Positions 13,358 to 28,289 are shown, numbered from the stretch's first letter. The stretch: DNA of 64,000 nucleotides from Octopus vulgaris (GCA_951406725.2 OX597815.1:186620001-186684000); one strand, 5' to 3'. The notes: a model not told the origin generated them from the letters alone. Made by a program: numbers and translations.

Positions 13358-15139
13358 TGAAATGCAATGTTATTACCAGTCCATATCTCTGGCTTCTAGG
13401 GATTCACTATCGCTACAGAAACAGAAATAAAATGTCTCTTATACAACATCAGACAAAAATATGATTAAATATAGAATGGTCCTGGATGGAATGCTATTGC
13501 TTCACATCCACCGATTTAGTGTTCAATGTAAACCAGAGGTTGAAAGCGCAAATCAATTCAAATGAAAGTTTGACACACTCTTTTTTTTCATTATATATCT
13601 TTATAAAGTCACCGGTTTAGCCATGGGAGAATTATATTTATATTACTAGTCAATTCAAGTCAAAGATGAGCTGTTCATAATTAAGCCTGAGCAACATCTG
13701 TACAGAGAAAATGAAAGGAAGTAGAAGTATGAGATATTTTCGCTGAAAACCGTGGAACGCGTTGTGGAACATTTAAATGTTTTTCGCTGAAGCCTTATTT
13801 TAAACTTATGAAGTTTTGCTTCATAAGGTTTAAGCAAATATATACGTAGTAAAGCATTTAAACACCGAGCCAGTTTACACGCAGACTAACAGCCGAGGGC
13901 TATTTATAGTCAGAATTTTTGTACTTTTAATTCATATATATCATTCAAGTGCCATGTCATTGTTTTCTTCCAACTGTTTCTCGTCGAGCAGAATGGTTTA
14001 CATTTTTATTGTCTTCTTCTGACGCAGAAATAATTACATACTTTCCAATATAGAGCGCTGTGCATACAATAACAATTTTTCTTCTACTTCAAAAGGGAAA
14101 AAAAAAACAAATTACTGCACAAGAAGAAAAATGAGGGGAAAAATGAGATGGAAAATTACATGTTACTTGAATGATGCAGAAAATATATTTATATTATTTT
14201 CAGAATTAGAAGTATAATCAAATATACATTCTGGTAGAAAATTTGCTTATAATTTGGTACACTTGTATAAAAAAAATTCAGTGCAGCCGGTCTTCGAGGT
14301 ATTGATTCCACTACACAACAACAGCAACGAAAATTTAAGATTGTGAGATTGCAGAAACGAGTTTCTAGATTGAGATGATTGCATATATTCTTCAATATTC
14401 TTCAATATTGTAATCATGGCTCTTTCCACTGGCTTTCGAAGAAAACAGCTTTCAAACTCGAAACTTTTTGAAGCAAGCCACCATCTTCTTAGAAGACATC
14501 TCTATGTGTGTATATATATTTTCATATAACACGTATCACATGCTGTGATGTATATATATTATACATACATAGATACGCATACACGGACGCACACGCTCAC
14601 ACATTCACACACGCACACACACACACACACATGCAAACACATATTTACATACATGTGCGTGTGTGTCTGTGTGTGTGTGTGCTATCACTATCGAATACAA
14701 TGAAATTTAAGAAAAAGTATTTGTTCTGTCGAATCTTTTGAAATCTTTTCAAACTGATAGAAAAATTTTAAACTACAGGGAGGAATAAACATCACCAATA
14801 TGTTAATATTGATATTAATAATATGGTACATTCAATACAATAGCATAGCAACATCTTCGTGCAGTCTATATTCTTTAAGATTTTGCTTTAAAAAAAACTG
14901 TTAGAAAAATGCATAACATTAGACTAACAAATATATAAGACACTGATGCGACAATTGATAAACCAATACAAAAGACAGTAAAACATTATCATATTGAATA
15001 TCATTCAACGAAATAATTTCAATGAAATGCCACATTTCACTTCTTATCTGTGTGGATTTTTACTAAAAGTGTAAGAATAAATTAGCTTTTGCGATGATAA
15101 TTATGACTGTTACTGAATTGTATACTCTTTTGCACTTTT

Positions 15140-15310
15140 TTTTTTACATGTTTCAGTCATTTGACTGCGGCCATGCTGGCGCGCCGCCTTTAGTCGAGCA
15201 AATCGACCCCAGGACTTATTCTTTGTAAGCCTAGTACTTATTGCCGAACCACTAAGTTACGGGGACGTAAACACACCAGCATCGGCTGTCAAGCGATGTT
15301 GGGGGTACAA

Positions 15311-15348
<38 letters not shown>

Positions 15349-15518
15349 GTATACGACGGGATTCTTTCAGTTTCCGTCTACCAAATCCACTCACAAGGCT
15401 TTGGTCAGCCCGATGCTATAGTAGACGACACTTACCCAAGGTGCCACGCAGTAGACTTGAACCCGGAACCATGTGGTTCGTAAGCAAGCTATTTACCACA
15501 CGGCCAATCCAACGCCTA
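15140..15518 (-). mobile_element. SINE family A
   Basis: Near full-length match to other A copies. Confidence 0.9.
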
Positions 15519-15621
15519 TATGGAGGTATATCATTCCTAGATCATATAATTTGCAAAAATAAATGCAATTGTACATTTTTATGTGTTAATTTGAAATGAA
15601 AGCTCGTGTCCATAAACTTAC

Positions 15622-15723
15622 CGATCCATTAGAACTGATGTCTTCAAAGGGGAAAACTCTACGATTCTCAGACATGAAACTTAGTCCAAATACCTTCCGC
15701 AGAAAGTAGTAAATTACAGTATT
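15622..15723 (-). CDS. Candidate internal exon of an unknown host gene (102 nt, phase 0-0)
   Basis: cag| acceptor, open frame NTVIYYFLRKVFGLSFMSENRRVFPFEDISSNGS, strong donor G|GTAAGT. The polypyrimidine tract is weak and no homology was recognised. Confidence 0.2.
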
Positions 15724-15924
15724 CTGAATGTCATTTGGTGGCTTGAAACTGAGCGAGGGATTTTGTTCCACTATCCAAGAAGACATGCGACGGACTTTTG
15801 CATAATTTCCTCACTTTTACTCACGAGTCTTGGGTAGACCTAGGGCCAAAGTAGAAACCATTTGACCATTTAGTATGTAGTAGGCTTGACTTCTAAACAC
15901 CATAGCCACGCTTCTGTAGACTAT

Positions 15925-16305
15925 GGAACTCCGTCGGTTACGACGACGAGGATTCCACTTGATCCGATCAACGGAGCAGCCTGCTCGTGAAATTAACTTG
16001 CAAGTGGCTGAGCACTCCACAGACACGTGTACCCTTAACGTAGTTCTCGGTGGAGATTCAGCGTGACACAGAGTGTGACAAGGCTGGCCCTTTGAAATAC
16101 AGGTATAACAGAAAAAGAAAGAAAGAGTGAGAGAAAGTTGTAATGAAAGAGTACAGTAGGGTTCACCACCATTCCCTGCTGAAGCCTCGTGGCGCTTTCG
16201 GTGTTTTCGCTCAATAAACACTCACAGCGCCCAGTCTGGGAATCGAAACCGCGATCTTCTGACCGCGAGTCTGCTGCCGTAACCACTGGGCCATTGCGCC
16301 TCCAC
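15925..16305 (-). mobile_element. SINE family B, full length
   Basis: tRNA-like head 'gtggaggcgcaatggcccagtggtta...ggtttcgattccc' (A/B boxes) and tail 'cgtcgtcgtaaccgacggagt'. Confidence 0.92.
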
Positions 16306-17084
16306 TCTGCACAATGTAAAGAGGCATTAATTCAAGCGTTACACGATGTGAATGAAATGAGATTGAAAATAGTTTACAAAGTTATGATTTAATATTTTAT
16401 AAAAGCGTCTGGCAATGAAAACTATATTTCAAATAAAATATATTCTGGAAGTATGTTTTCATAAGTGAGGCAGATGACTCGAAATATTCTAATAATTAAT
16501 AAATTAGCAAATGGATTTAGTAAACGGAAAGTAATATTATGTTTCAGTAGAGTTACTCTAAGTGGATTTACAAAATTCTTAATAAATATGGAAATTCTAA
16601 ATTCGATTGCGTCCATCGTCTACAAGGATGGCAGATTTCAAATATAACTAAATTGAAATTCTCATTTAGATCATTTGAATTCCTATGGCTTGGAATATAT
16701 TTAATCTAACAACGAAATAATTAACATTCATAAAACAAACTGAAATATATAAACTTTTAATATTTGGATGATATGATTTGCGTTAATATCTAGTGTGTGT
16801 GTGGGTGTGTGTGGAAACAATATATGATATATAAACAATATACAATATATCCAATTTGCATTGCATTAAAATCTGATATTAAAAACAAATTATCAATGAA
16901 ATTATGAAATGTTTAATGCACTTCTGCATATCGCTATATAAGATTAAAAAGAGAGTTTGTACACGAATTGTAGTCTAAAGAAGTAATTAAAATATTTATA
17001 AACAAGGTATTACAGTTTGCAGGTAATACTGCTGGCTTTTCTTTTACATATATATATATGTGTATATATATATATATATATATA

Positions 17085-17293
17085 GGTAATCCAAACAAGA
17101 AAACACAGAAAAAAAACACAGCAACGCGAGTACGTGGAACAATTAAAGTATTATTTGACGCTCAGGAAAGAAGGGAAGGAGGGTTTAACGTTTCGAGCGG
17201 AGCTCTTCGTCGGAAACAAGGAGAAAGAAAGATCCCAAGAAGGGAAGACAGAGGAAAAAATATTTTTGCTGGTGGTGCTCAAGAGATCACATG
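17085..17293 (-). mobile_element. Short PLE-derived (pLTR-like) element
   Basis: It abuts (TA)n, is homologous to 58376-58588, and contains a hammerhead. Confidence 0.75.
17183..17217 (-). ncRNA. Minimal hammerhead ribozyme, U4C core variant
   Basis: GUUU-CCGACGA-A-GAGC UCC GCUC-GAA-ACGU-U-AAAC; identical to 58452-58486. Confidence 0.75.
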
Positions 17294-17327
17294 TGGCGCT
17301 TTCGGTGTTTTCGCTCAATATATATAC

Positions 17328-17386
17328 ACATTAGTACCTCGGTTTTCGGACAACTCTAATCGCAAATAAATCGCAAATAAATCGTG

Positions 17387-17439
<53 letters not shown>

Positions 17440-17520
17440 GAGAGAGAGTGAGAGAAAGCTATATATATAAAGCACGATTTATTCGTGATCAGAGGTGTGC
17501 GTAAACCGAGGTACTACTGT
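17328..17520. mobile_element. MITE with pogo/Tigger-like TIRs around a (TA)n core; an extra partial TIR lies at ~17550-17602
   Basis: 'tagtacctcggttt...aataaatcgtgctttatata' versus 'tatataaagcacgatttatt...aaaccgaggtactactgta'. Confidence 0.65.
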
Positions 17521-17974
17521 ATTAAATGAATATGAGAAAGACAGGAGATAAAGTACGATTTATTCGTGAACAAAGTTGTTCGAAAACCGACGTTCTACTG
17601 TGTATTTATACACACACACACACACACACATATATATATCACAGTATTATGGTTGGTAAAAAAAAAATATCTATTTCAAGCGGAATAAAAATAAAACGTT
17701 TCTTTGGCCCGAAGTTCCAAAAATACTCAGGGAAATATAAAACAATAAAGATACTCACATTAAAACCGTAAATTCAAAGATGATCTTCTAAAGGAACACC
17801 AAGACCCCACCCCACCCAAGATGAGTAACAGGTTTGAAGAAACTAGAATACAAATACAATACATTAATCTTCACTTACAATTATACATGCATACACATAC
17901 GGTCAAAGCGACAAAAGACACTTTAGATATATTCATATATATGTATGTTTATGTCGATGAGTATGCATCGCCGT

Positions 17975-18270
17975 GTGGGCGCGTGGATTAGTGGTTAGGG
18001 CATTCGGTTCACGATCGTAAGGTCGTCAGTTCAATTCCCGGCGACGCGTGGAGTCCTTGAGCAAGACACATTATTTCACGTTGCTCCAGTCCATCCAGCT
18101 GGCAAAAATGAGTAGGACCAGTATTTCTAAAGGCCTCTGTGTCACGCTGAATCACCCTGACAATTATGTTAAGGGAACACGTGTCTGTGGAGTACCCAGC
18201 CACTTGCACGTTAATTTCACGAGCAGGCTGTTCCGTTGATCGTATCAGCTGGGACCCACATCGTCGTATC
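17975..18270 (+). mobile_element. SINE family D (tRNA head + CORE-like domain) with family-B 3' tail
   Basis: 'gggcgcgtggattagtggttagggcattcgg...ccttgagcaagacac...gctccagtcca', then 'tgtcacgctgaatc...gagcaggctgttccgttgatcg'. Confidence 0.85.
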
Positions 18271-18661
18271 CGCCGTTGGCCTTGAACCCACGTCGTCATT
18301 TCTCAGCAGACCGTTACCGTGCTTCTCATACCTAGATACAACTAGAAAAATTCATAAGCATACTCTCTCCAGATCGTGGTACCTTGGGGTAGAACAGAAA
18401 TTACTCAAGGAAAAACATATCTATATAAGGAGAGATAGAGAGAGCAAGTCGTAATGGGTAAAGTGTTGGTTTGTGGTAGAGAATTGTTGTCAGATTATGA
18501 CATCAGAGTGTCGCTTCCGATCTTATTGAGTTTAATCTATTTTTTTTATTAATTCTCCTCTAACTTCCTCATCTATTTCTCATAATATATAACGTGCACG
18601 ATTATATACAGACTTCAATATATGTATAAATGTATAAACACACTAACACACACACACACAC

Positions 18662-19410
<749 letters not shown>

Positions 19411-19787
19411 TATATATATATTATATTGTGTGAAATTTGATTTAGTATTTCTAAATTGAATTTTTTCCCTGTAAGTTAGGATTAATATTCCCTCAAATAA
19501 TAATTATATATATATATGCAATCTTTAATCACACTGTCACCAATTCAGGTGACAAATGCAGAATCACTGTATATATGTATAGGTACGTGTGTATGTATGC
19601 ATGTATGTATGTATGTATGTATGTATGTATGTATGTATGTATTATACACACACGTAAGGGTGATTGTGTGATGAGAAGCTTGCTTCCCAGCCAAATGGTT
19701 GTGACTGAAACAGTGGAGTAGCTGTCAATCATGGTCTCGTTTAAGAATGATACACGAACAAACACACACAGAAACATATATATATAT

Positions 19788-19990
19788 AGGCGCTGGCGTT
19801 GCTGTGTGGGAAGAAACTTCCTTCGCAACCACATAGTTTGGGGCTCAGTCCCATTGCGTGGAACCTTGAGCGAGTGTCATCTACATTCTCGGGACAACGA
19901 AAACATCTTGATTGTATTTAGTAGACGGAAACAGAAAGAACCTCATTGTATATATTTGTGTGTGTATGCGTGTGTGTTTTTATATATACA
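19788..19990 (+). mobile_element. SINE family A, degenerate 5' half
   Basis: 'ggcgctggcgttgctgtgtgg...cagtcccattgcgtgg...gtagacggaaacagaaagaa'. Confidence 0.7.
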
Positions 19991-20181
19991 TATGTGTATT
20001 ACGCCTTTTGTAAACAAACATAAGTTTGCTTTTGAAACGTTGAAATGTATTGTAGAAGAAGTAGAAATATATATTTTTTCAATACGTAAATACCGAACAG
20101 TATATATAAAGGATAAAATACTTTTAAGAGTAGAAAATTTGCCGGCAAATTTTTCTTCTATTAAAAGTATGTTATCCTTTA

Positions 20182-20583
20182 CTAGCAGTATCGCCCGGCG
20201 TTGCTCGCGTTTGTTTACTTTTCGACCCTTTAGAATTGGAATTTTTGAAAAGTAAAAATTTTGTATTATTCTCTTTAAGTGAACATTTTTCTGGTTGAAA
20301 TACACCGAAAACTGGCGACACAGCAGTCAAAAAAATCGTAAAAAATAGGAATTTTCATAGAAAAAATGCACCTTTTTTATGTTAATAATTTTTGGTGTTA
20401 ACAAGGTCCGATTTGAATTTTTTTCTTCTACGGAAGGAAGAGCAAGCCTTCTTCTATCATACTCTCAAGTTTGGTCAACTTGCGTCGCAGGGTCTCGGAG
20501 GAGATAGTGTTAGTTGAAGGCTACCAAACCTGCCACACACAAACAACTTCAGCTTTATATATATATATATATATATATATAGA
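20182..20583 (-). mobile_element. Non-autonomous Helitron
   Basis: Minus strand: A|TCTATATATA...AAAGCTGAAGTTG at the 5' end and 'cgcgagcaacgccgggcgatactgCTAG|T' at the 3' end. Confidence 0.8.
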
Positions 20584-21662
20584 TATATACTGTTCAGTAT
20601 TTACGTGTTGAAAAAATATATCTTTCTACATGTTCTACAATAGATGTGTGTATATATGCCTATGTAGATGTGATTCTATGAGTATGTGTGTATGTACTTT
20701 GTCTAATCCCGATAAAAACGCTCTGTGAAAAACATCCAAGTGTTGCTGCTGTGAGAGTATGATTGTTGAAAGTTCAATTCATTCTGAGGATGCTTTGTGA
20801 TCTTGGCTGACGAATAAAAGCTTATAATTAAAGAACACAGCTTGTTTGTAATTAGATTAATTCCCTGCCAAGAAGAGCTCATCTATGAATCTATGAATTC
20901 ATTAGACTCTTTAAATTACCAGCTGTCCCCCCCTCCACCTAATCCAGCCTTCACACCTGTGTAATTGCCTTCATAAATCATTTACATTATTTGTTTATAC
21001 TTTTATGTTTTTTTTTTTTTTTTTAGTTTTGATTTTATCATTTTATCTCCTGGTATTTCTTAATGCTGTTTTGTTTAAATTAAGGATGGAAAATTCCTTA
21101 ATTTTCTATTTCTTTAACTTAATTGACCTGAGGGAATTCATATGTGGTGAATTAAATTTAATTATAAATAGAACCATGGGATGTCTTTGCTCTTTACAGA
21201 CCAAATCAATGCATTTTCTCGAACCTTCCATACACTGTAAATACGAAGAGGGAACTTTGCATACGGAAATTAATTTGGCATACTTTAATTTTTACATACT
21301 GAAATTAACACTACATGGAAGAGTTGCGAAACGGCAGTGACCCTGCGAAAGTCACTATTTAAATAAATCTATATTCACTTCTTTTTTTATGGTAGACGTT
21401 TCTTTTTTCTTTTTATATGACGTATTTTTATGGTAGACCGTCGGGTATGACGACGAGGGTTCCAGTTGATCCGATTTACACTGTAAAATATGAATAGTGA
21501 AATTTGCGTGCCTATTTAGAGTTGAACTATCAATGTAACCGTGATGCTCTAGTGATCTGATGAGACAGGTTACTTTATTTGCATACTGGGATCGATCTAA
21601 CCGACTGCAGCCCCTCGCCAGAAATTTCAGACCTTGTGCCTAGTGTAGAAAATAATATTTAA

Positions 21663-21897
21663 AAGGCGGCGAGCTGGCAGAAACGGCGAGATGGCCGGGT
21701 CGTTAACAAGCCGGGCGAAATGCTTAGCGTCATTTCGTCTGTCTTTACGTTGTGAGTTCAAATTCCACCGAAGTCGAAATTTACCTTTCACATGTTCAGG
21801 GTCGATAAAATAAGTATCATTTGAGTACTGGGATCGATGCAATCGACTAGCCCCCTTCCCTAAAATTGCTGGCCTTGAGCAAAAGTTTGAAAGCAAT
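21663..21897 (+). mobile_element. SINE family C
   Basis: 'aaggcggcgagctggcagaaac...gagttcaaattcc...gggtcgataaaataagta'. Confidence 0.85.
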
Positions 21898-21941
21898 ATT
21901 ATTCTTTTTTTAAGAATAACAAATTTGTACTCTACAAAAGT

Positions 21942-22320
21942 GGCACTCCGTCTGTTGCGACGTCTAGGGTCCCAGTTGATCCGATCAACGGAGCAGCCTG
22001 CACGTGAAATTAACGTATTAGTGGCTGAGTACTCCACAGACACGTGTACCTTTAACGTAGTTCTCGGGGAGATTCAGCTTGACACAGAGTGTGACAAGGC
22101 TAGCCCTTTGAAATACAGATACAACAGAAACAGGAAGAAATAATGAGAGAAATCTGTGGTGAAAGACTACAGCAGGATTCGTCACTATCCCCTGCCGGAG
22201 CCTTGTGGAGCTCTAGATATTTTCGTTCAATAAACACTAACAACACCGGTCTGGGAATCGAAACCGCGATCCTACGGCCGCGAGTCCGCTTCCCTAACCA
22301 CTGGGCCATTGCGCCTCCAC
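21942..22320 (-). mobile_element. SINE family B with TSD ~ctacaaaagt
   Basis: Full head and tail, with a flanking direct repeat. Confidence 0.9.
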
Positions 22321-23331
22321 CCCTACAAAAGTAACCCGTCAGGTTTATGTAATATTGTTTTCATTATAACGGAAGTCACTGGCTAAATAAATTTATATTC
22401 ACTTCTCATACCTCATGATATACTAATATATATATATTCGGTAGATAGAATGCCTATTAAACTATACAATATAAAACCATTTCATAAGAGCACAATGTAT
22501 TCTTTCACACTCCGAAACAGATGTTACAGATATGGTCGTTATAATGATCGCAGGCTATGAATAGAATGTATAAAACAGGAGAATATTGTTTAATATTATT
22601 TACTTAGAACATCTTTCCACGTGTTTTCGTGATAATCATCTTATGATTATAGTTCTTAAGTTTAAAATTATGCAATATTTTATCAGAATGTGCTATGACA
22701 AATGCTGAACCGCAAAATATTTATAGACGTTCAGAAATTTGAAACTTATGTACAGTAGGCAGGCTGTCGACAAACTTTATGGTTTGAATTAACGGAAGTT
22801 ACGAGGACAGTGTTTACAAAGCACATTAAAGGTAGTAACAGTTAGACTGAATCAAAGCAAGCTATGTTTAGCAAGAGATGTAAATTGTAATACATATATG
22901 ATAAAAATTTTGATGTTTAAACAAAACATGAAAAAAAAAAGATAGACCGACTCGTAAAAATAGGCCTCTTAAAGCGTCTGCTTGCCTACATTCAGATACA
23001 AAGAAATAGATACTCACCTATACATATCAGTAAATTACTGTATTTATCTTACATTATATCGGTACAGCTCGGCGCATCCTCCAAAAAGCTGGTTCGCCCG
23101 TCAGTAACATTAGAGTGTAGCCCGCATAATGGAAGAGGAATTTTATTTGCATATTCAAAACGTTTCCCGTGAACAAATTTAAAAGACAGAAGGATGGATG
23201 GATGCATGTACGGACGGACAGACAGACAGACAGACAGACAGATAGATAGATAGATAGATATATAGGGAGACAGGTAAATAGATAGGGAGACAGATATATA
23301 GATAGGGAGACAGACAGAGAGACAAATAGAG

Positions 23332-23458
<127 letters not shown>

Positions 23459-23464
23459 CAGGTA

Positions 23465-24518
23465 TTAGGGTTCCCGCTGTTTTTTTTAATTTTGGAATTT
23501 ATTGCGTTTTTAAATTTTGGAATCATCTCGCGATATTTGTGCTGTGTATGGAGAGGATGCCATAGCTGAAAGAACCGCTCGTGATTGGTATGCCAAGTTC
23601 AAAAATTGAAATTTTGACCTGAAAGACGAACCTCGTTCTGGTCATCCAGTTGAGTTCGATGAAGAACGATTGAACCAACTTTTGTACGAAAATTATCGTC
23701 AAACGACAAGGGAACTGGCAGAGAAAATGGAATGCTCCCACACTGTTATAGAGAAACATCTTCACTCATTGGGAAAGGTTCAGAAGTATGGAGCATGGGT
23801 TCCGCATGCTTTAACTGACAACAACAAAAATCAACGAGCCACAATCACCGCTGGTTTGCTTGTTCGTCACCGCTCAACTCATGGACACGAAAAATGGTGC
23901 CTGTACATTAATATGAAGCAGCGTAAAGAACGCTTTAGCTCCGGTAAACAAGCGACGCCGCGGGTGAAACAAGGTCTTCATCCGCGTAAAACAATGTTGT
24001 GCGTATCGTGGGACTGGAAAGGGATTATCCATCACGAATTGCTTGAACAGAATCAAACTATCAACGCCGAACTCAATGTTCAACAGATGGAATGACTCAA
24101 CATGGCTATTTAAGAAGAAAAGACCTAATCGGCAGCATGGAGTTCTGTTGCATGGCAACGCCCGCTCTCATATCGCCAATATGACCAAGGAAGAGATTCA
24201 AACGCATGGCTGGGAAGTGCTGTCACACCCGCCGTACTCTGTTGATTTGGCACCAACGGATTTCCACCCTTTTCGATCTCTTTCAAATGCTATGCGCGGA
24301 GTTTCGTTCAATACTGATGCAGAATTGAGAGGTTGGTTGGATCAATTTTTCGTATAGAAATCGAGTGATTTCTACCAACGAGGTATTGAAAATTTTGTTG
24401 AACGTTGGGAAGAAGTTGTAAACAAGGGTGAATACATTATTGATTAATTAGTTATCTTTTAATAAACCTTTTAAAAAATTTAGATTTAAAAAAAAAACGC
24501 GGCAACTTAGTTGCCAAC

Positions 24519-24522
<4 letters not shown>
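23465..24522 (+). mobile_element. Defective mariner transposon (DD34D transposase pseudogene ~23523-24447)
   Basis: It reads [28 protein letters not shown], (T)G(D)EKW after a deletion, HGNARSH (catalytic D to G), HPPYSVDLAPTDFH and GEYIID*, with stops and a frameshift. Termini are TA|TTAGG...CCTAA|TA, and the left TIR is damaged. Confidence 0.95.
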
Positions 24523-24557
<35 letters not shown>

Positions 24558-24578
24558 ATGTATGTATGTATGTATGTA

Positions 24579-24800
24579 AAGGCGGCGAGCTGGCAGAAAC
24601 GTTAGCGAGCCGGGCGAAATGTGTAGCCGTATTTCGTCTGTCGTTACGTTCTGAGCTCAAATTCCGCCGAGGTCGACTTTGCCTTTCATCCTTTCGGGGT
24701 CGATAAATAAAGTACCAGTTGCGTACTGGGGTCGATTTAATCTGTTTGTCTGTCCTTGTTTGTCCCTCTGTGTTTAACTCCTTGTGGGCAGTAAAGAAAT
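24579..24800 (+). mobile_element. SINE family C, full monomer
   Basis: Matches 36110-36341 (reverse complement). Confidence 0.9.
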
Positions 24801-24888
24801 ATATATGTATGCATGTATGTATGTATTTATATGCATGTATATATATGTGTGTGTATATGTATGTATGCATCTATATATGTATGTATGC

Positions 24889-24930
<42 letters not shown>

Positions 24931-24991
24931 ATGGATGTATATATATAAATATGTATATGTATATGTATAACTATATATGTATATCTATATA

Positions 24992-25023
<32 letters not shown>

Positions 25024-25084
25024 AATGTATATATATGTGTGTATGTGTGTATATATATATGTATGTGTGTGTATATATATATGG

Positions 25085-25290
25085 AGGGAGGCATGGCCAT
25101 GAGTTAAAGAGCCTGGCTTGCAACAACTTTGTTCCGGGTTCAGTCCCACTACGTAGCACCTTGGGCAAGTATCTGCTACTGAATTCTCGGGTTTACCAAA
25201 ACCTTGTGGGTGTATATGTTCGACAGAAATGAAAGCACGTCGTATATATATGAGTATGTGTGTGTGTGTGCGTGTGTGTATGTCAGCACT
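25085..25290 (+). mobile_element. SINE family A, degenerate 5' half
   Basis: 'ccgggttcagtcccactacgtagcaccttgggcaagt'. Confidence 0.75.
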
Positions 25291-26877
25291 CATATATCTG
25301 ATGTAGATTCTACCCTAGTAGAATCTTGCTTTTTACATAACCTATTTAACACTATGTTGAATTGTGTTTATAAATATGCTAATCATAATAGTACTTATAT
25401 AAAATGTATGGCCTACACTTTGATAGTTTCGTCAAATATTTTTAAAAACTCGAGTGTAGATGATTATTTCGGTTCGCATCAGAGAGCGTAATTGAGAAAG
25501 CTTCTTGGATATTGCGCACATACTTAAATATTTCAAATCGAATTTCATTCACTCCAGAAGCTTTTGCATTTATTAATGCATATGGTGCCTTCATCTCTTA
25601 TAGTTGCATCGATCTCGGATTATCTGCATATTTATTTCATTCATTTTAATTTCAGTTTCAATTTAGTGACGAAAACCTGACAGTTATCTCCACCGTCAGC
25701 AATAGCTAAGGTGTTTACTGCATGGACGATGCTTCACTCTAGTTTCTCCAATAAGGTCGTAATGAATAATATAGCGATATTGCTTGTTTGCAATATTGCG
25801 GAGATATAATCGCTTTTAAGCATTCATTCAACAAATATTTTCTGAGCAGGAAATGATCAATCTTTTCCCAACATCATTTTTGGAGTGAAGACTAAATTTT
25901 TCCGCAATGATGCGTGATTCTACCTCCCCATTTTTTTGCATCGAAATTGCAATTTATAATTTGCAAACCGTCATACACATTTTCAATTTCCTTTTTATGA
26001 GCTCCCGATATTGGTGCATAAACTTGAATTAGACTCATATTTGCTTTGCTTTGTGTTCGTAACGATAAAATCTTCTCGCTTATCGAATTGTATTGAATAA
26101 TAGGTAGAGAGATATGTTTGTCGATGACGAATTCAACTATTTTTATCGATATAAATGCATAGCTAAAGTTATATACGGCGAAGTTGCCTAAAATTATATT
26201 CGCTTTTTTAATTCACTTCTTACCACAATGTCGATAGCATTTCTTTTTATTTTATTTTATTTTTTTTTAGACAGAATCTAGTTTTGCTGACATAACAAAT
26301 TTTATATTCCTGGTTCCAATATAAAGCATATCGAACATAACTTGTATTTCAAAATCGTCAGAAGCGGTATCTCCATTCACTGGATGGTGAGATCCCTCAC
26401 ACCGATCTTTCTGCTCCACTTCCCCGCTGTTTCAATCGACACATCTTTATGGCACCCTTTCTCTTAGATTTAAATCGAAATTATACAGTTGAAATTTTCA
26501 ACTTCCGGGAACAGTATAGAATAAATTTCAGATTCAGTATTCGTAAATGGTTTCCGAATTCTTTCCTTTGGCGTTTTATATTTGACACACTTATGAATAC
26601 TTTTTGTTATTGGTTGGTAATAATATCGTTGTTTAATGTCTTCTTCAACCGGAGAATCTCTGATTCCCCGCATTGTTGGTGAGAATGACAAGGGAAGTTT
26701 GTGTGTAATTGAAAGGAAGCGAAGCTTTATGAAGCATTTTTTAATGGATATATATTTCTTTCGTCGATTCACACAGAAACACACACAATGAGACACACAC
26801 AAAAAACGTGCACCCTACACATAAATGTATGCATATATGCATTGAGAGAAAATAGATAGACATACAGACAGACAAAC

Positions 26878-27130
26878 AGGCAAGTGGCTGAGCACTCCAC
26901 AGACACGTGTACCCTTAAGGTAGTTCTCGGGGAGATTCAGCGTGACAGAATGTGACAAAGCTCGCCTCTTTGAAAAACAGGAAGAAAGAGTGAGAGAAAA
27001 CAGTGGTGAAAGAATACAGAAGGATTCGCCACCGCCCACTGCCGGAGCCTCGTGGAGCTTTAGGTGTTTTCGTTTAATAAACACACACAACGAAACCGTG
27101 ATCCTAACCACTGGGCCGTTGCTCCTCCAC
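26878..27130 (-). mobile_element. SINE family B, internally deleted
   Basis: Family B segments read directly. Confidence 0.85.
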
Positions 27131-27347
27131 ATATTCTGTAATGTAAGAAAAGGAAATCAACTTTTCAAGCACGGTTCTATGTTTGGTGCACCTTCAATTC
27201 AATGTATTTTCAAATATTTTTTCTGCATTGAACGAAAATGAGATATATTAAAGAAAGTTAATAATATCAAAATATAGATCACATGAGAATGTCGACTTCG
27301 CTATAATGAAACAAAAGAAGTGTATTAGTGAAGTATATCAGAGAAAT

Positions 27348-27649
27348 GTGGAGCCACATGGCCTAGTGGTTAGAGCAACGGACTCGCGATCGAGGGATCG
27401 TGGGTTCGAATCTCAGACCGGGCGATGTGTGTGTTTATGAGCGAAAAACCTAAGTTCCGCGCGGCTCCGGCAGAAGGTAATGGCGAACTTCTGCTGACTC
27501 TTTCGCCACAACTTTCTCTCACTCTTTCCTCCTGTATCTTGCAACTCACCTGCGACGGACCGGCGTCCCGTCCAGGTGGGGAACCTATACGCGAAGGAAG
27601 CCGCGAAACCGGCCCTAATGAGCCAGACGTGCCTCGAGAAGGAACAAAC
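27348..27649 (+). mobile_element. SINE with B-type head and alternative (V-domain-like) tail; TSD atatcagagaaat
   Basis: 13-bp TSD at 27335-27347 and 27650-27662; tail 'cctgcgacggaccggcgtcccgtccagg'; near-identical to 52361-52658. Confidence 0.9.
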
Positions 27650-27789
27650 ATATCAGAGAAATGGCGAATCTGAAAGTATTTGTGTGAATAGAGGTATAGA
27701 TGAGAAATATCAAAGATTTGGAATCAATTATGTTCAAGCATATTAGTTTAATGAAATGACATATTAAATAAACACTGAAAATTAATTAA

Positions 27790-27972
27790 AGGGAGATTTC
27801 ACAAAAACACAAAAGATAAAGACAGGTGGTGTAGACAACAAACATATGTGTTAGTATAACGCTCGGGAAGTGAAAAAGTCTTTAATGCTTCGAGCCTACG
27901 CTCTTCCACAGAAAGGAACATAGAAAGAAACAAGGAAGGAAAACAAAGAATGTGTAGTGGCTAGCAGTCTAA
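27790..27972 (-). mobile_element. Solo PLE pLTR-like element with decayed hammerhead (27880-27915)
   Basis: Homologous to 41036-41203; CUUU-CUGUGGA-A-GAGC GUAG GCUC-GAA-gcau-U-AAAG. Confidence 0.75.
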
Positions 27973-28054
27973 TATATATATATATAGAAAAGAATTTTTT
28001 GCGTAATGAGATAAAACACCAAGGCTGTGTAGATAGAACATTTATAGATAGAAG

Positions 28055-28106
28055 GTCTTACAGCTGTTTCCAGGATATTTATTAATTATATCCCTTCATC
28101 GGAGAC
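28055..28106 (-). ncRNA. Minimal hammerhead ribozyme (U4C) within TA-flanked element ~27986-28183
   Basis: GUCU-CCGAUGA-A-GGGAUAU aauuaauaa AUAUCCU-G-GAA-ACAGCUGU-A-AGAC; palindromic stem III. Confidence 0.8.
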
Positions 28107-28182
28107 GGTGTGAGGGAATGGTTAAGTAATAATTAATTTAGATGGGATACAAAATAGAGAGTTAGGTGGAAGAAAGAAAAGA

Positions 28183-28253
28183 TTATATATTTATATAATA
28201 TATATATATATATAAAATATATATATAAATATATAGATACATATAAATATATA

Positions 28254-28289
<36 letters not shown>

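Noticed and set aside
21556-21585. CTGATGA motifs (also near 41899, 48354 and 58057)
   Set aside because: There is no downstream stem II plus GAA, so these are chance heptamers.
25440-26802. Non-repetitive, coding-looking stretch including ORF 26470-26802
   Set aside because: No recognisable motif or convincing splice structure; it may be a decayed transposon but cannot be assigned.
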